Positions 44,701 through 56,700 of a stretch of DNA of 64,000 bases are shown piece after piece. The translations under genes and the position numbers were made by a program. A model generated the notes under the pieces. The model was given only the letters and a program-made list of their open reading frames with translations, was not told the origin of the DNA and ran no database searches. Source of the DNA: Mytilus trossulus (taxonomy: Eukaryota); the NCBI RefSeq assembly GCF_036588685.1, contig NC_086376.1, forward strand, positions 87,523,630 to 87,587,629. Direction: 5' to 3'. The stretch's first letter is position 1; each line of letters starts with the position of its first letter.

Positions 44701-47700
44701 ATTTATATATGACACCTGATGTTGTTACTATGGTAACTGTAATGTTATCTAACTCGTTACTATTCTCTTGCAGACGTTGACATCTTTCTTCCCCAATATC
44801 TTTATCACCAATACTTTCTGTTAAATCCATTAGTTCTGATATACTTGTGGTGTGTTGTTTTAATGAGTCAATCTACATAATTAAATCACACGAAATAGAT
44901 ATAGGAATATGTGGTACGTGTGCCAATAAGACAACTCTCCATTCAAGTAACAATTTATAAAAGTAAACCATTATAGGTCAAGGTTTGGCCATTTTATTAA
45001 GATAACCAGAAAGGCCATTATATCATCTTTTAAAATCATTAGAGTCATTATTTGGACCACAGAGTCTTGTGCATATGATATATCAGTACTCTCAAAAAGT
45101 TCAATTTACTAGGATCTTTTTATAAAATGTCAAAGTTTTGATCAGAACTTTAATTGGACACCATTATATTGGATGATTTTACCATGTTTAAAAGGACATT
45201 ATAAAATGAACATAATTGTTGTACTATTGCCAGAACATATTCATTTTGTCAGATGGATAAAGGCATGAAGCCCACTAAAATACTGTTGGAATCTGTTAAA
45301 AGTCATCAGTTGGTATCTATGCATGACAGGAAATAGTTCTAACCTGTTGTTTCATTAAGCGCTGATCAGATGACGTGGTTGACTGATAAACAGGGTCGGA
45401 AATGTCCTTCCATTGGTCCACTGTAACATCTATAAATACTCTTATCTTCTCAATCTTCAATGGAAAGCAGTGGTATTAGACGAATGCAATGTGTATACTC
45501 AATAAATGTAAAACTTACACTTTATTAGATGGCTTGATTTTTAAGATCAGAAAGTGCATTTTTGTTATATTTTTTCTAATTGTGAGAGTAACATGAGGCA
45601 GATGTTACCGCAAAAAAGTTTAAGGTCTGTTTTAAATGTCTCCTATCTTTTATTAATCAAACCCAAATTTTCGTGAAATTGTATGTTTTATGATAAATAA
45701 TTGAAAAACAAGTGTATTGCATTCGTCAAAAAGCAAACTATCAGAGATTCTTTTTGTATCTTAGTCTTTTTATCTAGATTTATGCTGCAATGACAATAAT
45801 ATGATTATTTGTAGATTCCAATTTTCTGAATCATCAGTCATTTTGTGTTATAAATCATAATTTCAGACTCCCAAATCAAAAGTCAATGGAAAATAAGCAT
45901 CTTTGGTTGTTCAATTTTGAGTACTTATATCTACCATATAAAGAAAATGGCAGAATTTGCAGTTAAAGTAATGTCAAAAACCTTTTTCTTGTTAGCTAAC
46001 ATTCAAATGTAAGCTAAGGGTGTCATTTAAGTACAAAGCGCTGTTCATTTTGATATAAAATCATCATGTTCTAGTCTTAAATATGGTTGTATGATTTCCC
46101 TCTGAACATTATTCTATCTATCTTTTAAGGACCTACCTTGACTTCCCATAGTTGACTTAGAGAACAAATATCAGAAATATCATCTTGATCACCCATTGCT
46201 ACATATTTTAATTTCTCTGTCAGATCTGCAACTAATTCATCTACCTCACTGCACAAGGAATGTATATTTCTGTTAACAAATAAAATTTTAAATAAGAATA
46301 AAATTATTTATTATTCCAATCATGGGCCCATGATGGGCAACATGACATGTATACACACAAAACAATGCCTTGTGATTTGTAACAGAAAAACTTATTTTTA
46401 TGTTGAAATGAAATATTAAAAGTTTTAAGATTTTATCAAGTCAGATTAAGAGCTACATATATTTCTTCATTTAAAATGAGTCATGTACATTAAATTCCTG
46501 TCAGGACCATAAAATCATTACAATTATCATTGTTATTACATATATAAATTATCATTTCATCTAACATTTATTTATACAAGAAAGTATTTACATAGAAATG
46601 TTGAAAATACACAAATATTACTAAAATTTCGGAAACTTTTCGTTATAGGAAGTATTTTAGTTAATTTTTGCTAACTTTTTTAAATGTTAAAACATAACTC
46701 ATACAATAGGCTTTACTCAGTTTTGATTCTTGTACTTTTGTTAATTTAAGCTCATTGCTGGTTTTTTTCCGAAACATGTAAATGGTCCAGCAAAATGGAA
46801 TCAATTCACAGAAATAAACAAAAAATAATTCACAAACATGGCTATTTGTCTCATGGACACATACCACATCTTCTTATATCTATAAATGGTCAGAACAAAA
46901 CCATACCTTCTTTTGGCAGTATCAGAGTGTACCAAAAGACATTCAGCACTATCTACTATATGATTACTCCAGCCTAACAAATCTCCGCTCACAGACTTTA
47001 TAACATGCTTATCTCCCTTGGTTACAGCACCAGTTATCTTTTCCTTTATATGAGAGGTAGTGGTTGAATCTACAGAATCAAAAGTGCATTCATATAACAG
47101 GTTACAGAAGAATTGTAACTGAAAAGATCAATAAATTATAAAATTATAAGTCAATCTAAATTTATGAAAATGAGGTAAAATGCAAACGACATACATGCCA
47201 CATAGAAGCGTCAGACCATATAAACATTAAGGAACAAAATATAGATAATTTAGATCTACTGGTTAACCATGTTAAATTTGAAAAAAATGTACAAATAATC
47301 TATATCTTTGTCATCTATAACATGCAGTAAACATACCCAGTATATAATGCTTTCAGAAACATTTTTTACAATTGCATAAAAATACATGGGCTCAAAGTGT
47401 AGTGATACCATATTTACCTTGGATTCATTTATTTTCATATGCAGACTTAAGTGGATACTTTTATTTCATGAATAGTAATGAATACACAGTTTCAAAATAT
47501 TCAACTATAATTTTACTCCATACCTTGACTAGACTTTAACCTTGATGTGCGTTGATATGATTCTACAGGCTTCCTGCTCTGTTGATGGGATTCCTGTGGC
47601 TTAACTTTTGTTTGATGATATGATTCCTGAGATGAGACAGATTGCAATGATTCAGTACTTTGCTGAAATGCACTTCTTTGTAAGGGGACTACTTTTTGTA

Positions 47701-50700
47701 GCGTAGACATAGATGAGTGTGTGAGAAAGTCCTCCTTACTGCAGATATCCTCCTGTAGGAATCTGTTGTCAAGTGGTAGGGATTTCAAAGCACCAGTTGA
47801 TGAAAATTTAATGTGACTAGAACTGGATGTTTTCCTCCTTTTCTCTGCTTCTATAATGTGAAGGAAACATTTTAAATTAAAACTGTGGTTTTCTTTCTTA
47901 CATATTATTCTAAAAGGCATTGCTTGCAAATAAATTAGTGTTCTGTTAGAAGACATTAAAGTGGGTTTCATTGGGGTCTAAGCGTGACGCGGGATTGCCA
48001 ATTTTTTGTAAGCGGGACACGTGAAAGTCAAATTAATGTGTCGTGAAAACCGGAAATGAGGTCTTGCGGGACCCGGGAAATGACAAAAAAATATGATTAT
48101 TTATACGTACATAGTGTAAGCGGGATACGGGAATCTGATTAAACAGTAAGCGCGATCCGGGCTCGGAACCCCCAAATGAGACCCCCATTAAAGTTGAAGT
48201 TTTCCTTCTTTCGGCAGCTTCTGTAATGTATTTTTTTTAATAAGAAAACATATTTATTCTAAATATGATTTTAAATGGTATTGCCTAATGAATGAATGAG
48301 AGTTCAGTTTAAGATAATTTTTCACATCCATTCCTTGCAATAGTTTCTATTTGTATATATAAAATCTATACACAAGCATACACTTTTGAATATTATAGTT
48401 AGCAATTTTTTTCAATCTTGTGGCTGTAAAATCTTTGATTGTTTGTCTTTAATCATAAAATATGATGTTTAATGCTTTTCATCAGAAATTAAAAGCTAAA
48501 AAGTTTAAAAGTATAAAAACCTGCAAATCTGAGATTCCGTCTCTCTGGACTAAGTATGCTTGGCTGATTATCTGCATTTAAACCATTTTTCACTTTTCTT
48601 ACACATTCTAACAAATGTGATAATCTTCTAAGTAATGATTCTACAGCTGAATTACTGGTAACATCAGAGTATACATGAGTTGATCCTGCTCTTATACCAG
48701 TTATTGCTGTAAGTTGAAAGAAAAGAACTCAAGATTATAAATATTTTATTAAACAATGGCTTTCACAAAAAATCTAACATTGTAAAATACTAACGTTGCA
48801 AGTTTGCTCTCGTCTTAAGTGTTAAAAAATGGAGACATTTGTCAATATCAATTGAACAGTTGGTCCTAAATGTGACAATAGGTAAAAAGTTACATAAACG
48901 AAAGTCAAAGATGCAATTGTATAAAAGCTGATATGATGGACTTATAAATTCTAGAAAAAACACTTATTTATGTATGGCCTTTTGATCAAACCAGACTTCA
49001 AGCTTGATGACAAAAGGTGGAAGTAAAATGATCATGTGGTAGGGTTAAAACAATATAGAGAAAAATGGATTGATTAACATAATAATTACAGTCAATACAT
49101 CTCAAAATTTATCTTTCATTACGATTTTCTGTAATTTAAGAAGAAGAAAAAAACGCTGCCAATTCACTTATTATTATGGATTATATTTTACTTGGATAAT
49201 AATTATTATTTTTATTTTCATAGACATTAGATTTTATGGTTTTGCCAAAGTCTGTATACCAGCCTTTAGAAAATGTGTACATTATTGACCATTTTAATTT
49301 GTTTTTAACCTATACCCACAAAATATATGGAAATTGAATCCACTGTATATAAATATGAACAAACCTTTATGGAGGCTTTTAACATAAACCAATAATCCAT
49401 TACGATATAGTGGATCATCATGGCTGTCGACAATTCTCTCTCCAACCTGACACACACGTCGTGATCTACCCACCAGAGATTTTATTGCACTATTTATACC
49501 TTCTACATCACAGGTCATTACAAATCCTCTACAGACACCTATATCTTCTTCAATTCTTTTCTCTGAATTAAATAAAGGGAACTGATAATATATATGCACA
49601 TGCTGACAAAATATATCATAATTGGTTGACAATATATAGAATACTCATCTATGAAAACCACCTACATGACCTATTGATCTTCAAATACTGTAGGTTTCAG
49701 AAAAAATCAGATTTTTTAATATCAATGCAAAAATAGCCAAAAAAAACAACTTGAAATTCAAAATTTGATAGCATTAAATGTATGCAAATTTTTATGAAAT
49801 TTTAAAAATCAATTTCACAATTTTGTCTATTGTTCAACCATCCCAATAATAAATTATATAAAATTCCTTAACTTACAGTATGCAGGGGTTAATTTTTTAA
49901 GTTGAAATTAAATATACCAATCTTTCACCATTTTAAGACAAATTATATTATTACTAACCAGAGACACCCATAAATATCTGAGGATCTGTCATTTCATCCA
50001 AGATTTGCATCAAAGTATTCAACTCAAATGACCATTCTTTCATCAGAAGCTTGACATGACGGACGGCCATTTTGTCTAACTGGTCCCTTGCCATACATAG
50101 AGCTGCTGGAACAATGTCAGGATCCAGTCTTTCAAGATGACATACACATGTTCTTATTACTCTCACACCTATTAGATATTTTCATATTATATATGTATAA
50201 GAAACTGTTAAACTGTAAAGCCATTTGATCAAAACAAAATCATGCACTGAAAGGTCCAATTAATGTTACCATGTGATTGTCCAATTTTGAACATCAAATA
50301 AATGTCTAGCCAAAACAGGGGCTAGACTGTATTCATGTAAATATAAATTTACACTTTCCGTTGAAAGATATCCATCAAGTAATTTTGCAACAGTACAAAT
50401 TTGTTATTATACTGCCATATTCAACTTATTTCTTTATTGTTGTTTTTTTTAAATTTTCAATCACATTGTGTATAAGTTTATAAACATTTGGTGGAGGCAA
50501 ACTCAAATTAGAGAATGGGATCCAATTTTAAGGCATATAGACAGATATATAGACAATGGATAACCTTAGTGTTTATTAAAAGTGTTGTTGCATTTAATGA
50601 TGAATTAATAAATACAGAAAAAAATCCACTCTAAGCAGAAAGTGTTAACTGATGAACTGAATTGACAGAAGAGTTGACCACTCTGTATAGATAATATACA

Positions 50701-53700
50701 TATATATTCTTTAATGCGGTTTACACTAAACTAATAAATCTTACGTGTGGCATCAGTTGAGCTAGCTGCAGCAAAGCTGGCAACTTGACACATTTTATCT
50801 GCATGTTCTTCAAACTCTGTTATCAAAATGTCATTTTCTCCTATAGACTGATCCTGTTGAATGATAAAATATACATTCCAATTAATACCAAATTAAAAAA
50901 CAAAACAAATAAAATCTGGAGACTGTCAAATTGATCCAAGACTGTTTTACAAATAATAAGACATTACTTTCAGCCAAGTCTCACCATAAGACTTTAGACA
51001 AAGTTCAGAATCGGGCACTATGTATCATCACAGGTGCTATGAAATCAACACCAATAAAAAGTATGGAGGATATAACAAACATACCCCCAATAGGAAAGAG
51101 AAGGGAGTGCAAAGCCATGATACAGGCCGGCAAATATCAGTGTTCACAAGACCACCCAATGAATACTAGACTAAAACAACTCTCATCAGGCAGACTAAAA
51201 AGATCCAGCTTTACATTAGAGACAAGAGCATTGCAAAGAAAACACCATGAAGCCCTACCAAAATATATAGAACACATAGTTTTCACAAAGAATAACACCC
51301 CATGTGAAGAAAAACTTGGAAATGTCACCATCCAGACCTCAGTTCCGCTCATTACCACCAGAGATGAACAGACTAGTAATGTAAAGAAAATACTTACAAT
51401 GAGTATGCTTGAAGAACAGTATCCTTCAGAAACTTGGGTAAGAGTATATACAGATGGGTCAGCCACAAATGCCACAACAAATGGAGGGGCTGGTATATAC
51501 ATTAAGTACCCCAATGGAGATCAACAATCAGAAGCAATACCAACAGGCCTACATTATTCAAACTACAAAGCTGAAGAAGAAGCCATTACTAATGCTGCAC
51601 ACTCCATCAAAAACAAAATCGATGATACATCTCAAGTAGTATTCCTGACTGATGCCCTCCCTGTTCTACAAGCTTTGAAGAACGACAAGCTGCCTCAACT
51701 CCAACAAGCTTTATACAACATCAAAAGTCTGACAACAGTAATTCAGTGGATCCCTTCACACTGTGGAGTTTGGACTAATGAATAAGCCGACAGATTAGCA
51801 AAGTATGGTGCTGAACAACAACAGGAAGAAAATCCAGTCTGCTTTACAGAGATGAAGACTATCATAAAATCTCTGTTCAACACTCCACAGCAACAAGATA
51901 GTTACCACCAGCTAACAAGATCTGAACAAACCACCATATTTAGACTGAGGACAGGACCAACATCTACACAAAGTCATGAAAGTTGTTCCATCTCCTATGT
52001 GTCCTTGTGGAGAAGCAGACCAGGATACAGCACACCTCTTCCAGTCATGCAATTTCCATCAGGCATTGAGAGATAAGATATGGCACTCAGTAACATCACT
52101 TGAAGAGAAGCTATACGTACCAGTGGATGCCCTACAGAAGACCACCAGATTTGTTGAGGAGACTGGTATTCAAGTGTAAAGGCGAACGATAAGAAGAAGA
52201 ATAAGACATTTATCAATTATGCTTGCTTTAAAAGATCTGAATTCTTTTAAATAAAATGACACATCAGATTATTTTACCTCGAAATAACATGTCAACAAAT
52301 TTTATCGTAAAGTTAACAGAACATTTTCTCTTCTTGATGTCCCAACTAAATAAAAAAAGCTCATCTTTTACTATTAATTTTTCTATTCTAGTAATATATA
52401 TTTCGAGCATAGGGAATACAAAATCCTATTAAGAGTATCTTTCATGAGTTTCTTGACCTATTAACAATTTCCATTACTCCAAGAACGATGTTATCAAATG
52501 TAGTAATGTATAAATAGCAGAGGAGTATATGAAAAGAAAAATGGTGTTGTACCTGTTTAGGATACATAGCTGCCTTTATCAATCTTTCTATAGGTTCTGT
52601 TGTTTCTTTGAATATATCTACTATCAAGTGAAGTAAACTCATGTTGACGTTCTTCTCCAGTTCACAAAACTCATCAATCAAGGATTCACAACACTCATCA
52701 TAATCCTCTCTGTACAAAATAAAATCTCATTATACATTGTAGTGCTGTGTATTCATCATTATTCTGGATATACCATTTTTTATCTATGAGTAGGTATATA
52801 TGTGATCTTTGATGGTTATATAGGCTTGAAAATATAATTTGGCAAATCACAAAAAATATAGGTTCTCATTCTTTCAATCCACAAAAAATGAATGAATCCA
52901 CAGTAATCAAAATTTAGGTAACTATTAAACAAGAATGTCTCCAAAGTACATGGATGCCCCACTCGCACTATCATTTTCCATGTTCAATGGACCGAGAAAT
53001 TGGATAAAAAATATAATTAGGCATTAAAATTAGAAAGATAATATCATAGGGAACATGTGTACTAAGTTTCAAGTTGATTGGACTTCAACTTCATTAAAAA
53101 CTACCTTGACCAAAAACTTTAACCTGAAGTGGGACAGACGGACGAACGAACAGATGGTCGAACGAACATACAGATGAACGAACAGACACACAGACCAGAA
53201 AACATAATGCCCCTCTACTATTGTAGGTGGGGCATAAAAACAATTACCTTTCACAATGAGGGAAATTTATTGTAAGCAATAATGTGATAAAAACAAGAGT
53301 GTCCATGCTGAAGTGGCTTCTTGCTTTACTGACCATGACTGAATTTTATGTTGAAATCTTTCGGATTAAAATTAGAAACAAATAAAACAGAATATATTTT
53401 GACACATCTTAAAATATCTTTTGATTGTATCTAATTTTCCCTTTCTGTTACTTATATCTTTTAAATGTATTGTTTGTGACACATGTTCTTTTTTCAGTTT
53501 CATTATATATATACTGACCTCATTCTTTGTATATCTGTTTTCTCTTTGATAGAAATGGACAAGGCTAATACACGACCTTTAAGTTGTAAAATCTACAAAT
53601 AATTATATATTTATCACATTAAAAACTGGTTTTAATGGCACTCCTGCATTTCTTGTTGGCAAACATAATATAAATACATGGATATTCTTATACATTAGTT

Positions 53701-56700
53701 TAATTTTTCAATGTCTACTTTTGTTTTTTGTATTTATTAAAATATCAATCTCCATATCACAATTGTTGTATAAATCCTCAATTGGGTTGAATGAGACATT
53801 CCACAATACTTTTCAACTTTAAAATTGGTTTGGTATTTTTAACTTTTTTGTTTTGAGCTTCACTGTTGAGTCTTTTGTTGACAAAAACCTGCATCTGGAT
53901 TTAAAATTATAAACCTGGTTTCTTTGATGTTTTTTTTCTTACCATCAACTCAGGATTCAGATTTCATATAAAACCAAAAAGAATGCTATGTTTGATGTTG
54001 CACTAAGCATACAATCAGTGCACTATTATAAATTATTATGTCTACTCACCCTTTGACAATTAATGATTATAAGATTTCTATATGTATCTGTACAGAGATG
54101 TGCCACTAACATACTATGTCTGATAATTCCTTCTGTCCAACTTTCTACATCTATATCTAAATCTTCTCGGTTTTCTGTAGACAGGGCCTCTAATATCTAA
54201 AATTGTTTGCATTAATAACATATTTTTTATAACACCCTTGATAACATATATATCCCACAGTTCTTGAAAAGAAGTGGCTTGAAAGTTTTGAAGACCAAAA
54301 TTTTGGCATTTTGCAAATAGAAATAAAAGTGAGTAGCAGCAGATTTTCATGGATGACCTGAGAATATTTTTGAGAGCCATGCTATCCTATTTGTATGCTC
54401 TTATATAGATATACATTTAAAATCATAACATTGAAATACACACCTGACACTAGGGTGAAAATAGGTTGAATATTGATATTTGATGTAAAGTGTGATCACT
54501 TCAGCACATAATGCATGAAGACTTACATAAAACTTTAAAAAAGAAATACAGCAATAAAAGACTTGTTCCTATGATATAAGGATGTATACGCAAAAATTAA
54601 TAAAAAAGTTGTGGCAAATATTGTTGTAATATGTGTATGATGAGTATTTCATATTTACTGTGACACATATACAGAATAGTGAAAAATATTGTCTAAATAA
54701 GTGTATGAGGTGTATGTCATATTTATTGTGCCACATATACAAAATAATGACAATAATTGATTATTTATGTTCAAGAACCATTTTTAAAATAAAATGTCTT
54801 TACTTAAAACATACCTGATCAATTTTAGAAACAAAGTATCCAGGTTCCTCTACATCTAAATAATCTTCTTCAGTAAATTTGTTTTCTATGGCCTCAACTA
54901 TATCTCTAACAGCAGACAAAACTTGGTTTATCACATAGGACTTGCTCACCTGTCAAAAAGTTAAAGTCTAATAATAATCAAGATTAAAAATGTTAAAACT
55001 AGGTAAAGTGGATTCTATTAAGGATTTCAGATTTTAAGTACAGTATTTTGTGTTTCCGTTAGAGATGTTTGTTCTCATCATTTAAATCTTCAGTTCAGGA
55101 TCTAAAATAAAGGTTATGATTACTTTTGGATCTGCTTATTCATGCAAATATACTGAACCTAACCGTGTAATACTACTTACATGAGCCTGTGCATTACTAG
55201 GATATTTTATACAACTTTGTAAAGCTACACTTATTGATGGAATGGATTTCTTCAGTAGATTGAGAGCTGTAATTATTTTCTCCCTTTGTCTATCTTGACA
55301 CAGATCTTTTTGTCTCTTGTTTGCTAAAGATGTTAAAATGGAAGTAGTATCTGTGAAACTCTGAAAGTAAAACCAAGATGTGCTTAAGATGTTAGAATGG
55401 AAGTTGTATCTGTGAAACTCTGAAAGTAAAACCAAGATGTGCTAAAGATGTTAGAATGGAAGTAGTATCTGTGAAACTCTGAAAGTAAAACCAAGATGTG
55501 CTAAAGATGTCAGAATGGAAGTTGTATCTGTGAAACTCTGAAAGTAAAACCAAGATGTGCTAAAGATGTCAGAATGGAAGTTGTATCTGTGAAACTCTGA
55601 AAGTAAAACCAAGATGTGCTAAAGATGTTAGAATGGAAGTAGTATCTGTGAAACTCTGAAAGTAAAACCAAGATGTGCTAAAGATGTCAGAATGGAAGTT
55701 GTATCTGTGAAACTCTGAAAGTAAAACCAAGATGTGCTAAAGATGTCAGAATGGAAGTTGTATCTGTGAAACTCTGAAAGTAAAACCAAGATGTGCTAAA
55801 GATGTCAGAATGGAAGTTGTATCTGTGAAACTCTGAAAGTAAAACCAAGATGTGCTAAAGATGTTAGAATGGAAGTAGTATCTGTGAAACTCTGAAAGTA
55901 AAACCAAGATGTGCTAAAGATGTCAGAATGGAAGTTGTATCTGTGAAACTCTGAAAGTAAAACCAAGATGTGCTAAAGATGTCAGAATGGAAGTTGTATC
56001 TGTGAAACTCTGAAAGTAAAACCAAGATGTGCTAAAGATGTTAGAATGGAAGTAGTATCTGACCAAGATGTGCTAAAGATGTCAGAATGGAAGTTGTATC
56101 TGTGAAACTCTGAAAGTAAAACCAAGATGTGCTAAAGATGTTAGAATGGAAGTAGTATCTGTGAAACTCTGAAAGTAAAACCAAGATGTGCTAAAGATGT
56201 TAGAATGGAAGTAGTATCTGTGAAACTCTGAAAGTAAAACCAAGATGTGCTAAAGATTTTAGAATGGAAGTAGTATCTGTGAAACTCTGAAAGTAAAACC
56301 AAGATGTGCTAAAGATGTTAGAATGGAAGTTGTATCTGTGAAACTCTGAAAGTAAAACCAAGATGTGCTTAAGATGTTAGAATGGAAGTTGTATCTGTGA
56401 AACTCTGAAAGTAAAACCACTGTCTTATTAGTATGGATTAAAAATAATAAGGAAAGGAAGTTTGCTAAAATTGCTAAGTTTATTTATTCCTGCATTCTGC
56501 TTTTGTATAACAAGCCCTTCTGTCATGTAGTGTTTTAGCTACTAATTTTAACATTGTCATAAAGCAAGAGGTTTGGCATGTCATTAAACCAGGTTCAACC
56601 CACCATTTTTTTTAATGTCCTGTACCCTATCAGGAATATGGCAGTTTTTATCAAATACTTTGTTTCTAAATGTGTTGGTGTTTGTTTTGTTGCACCTCTG

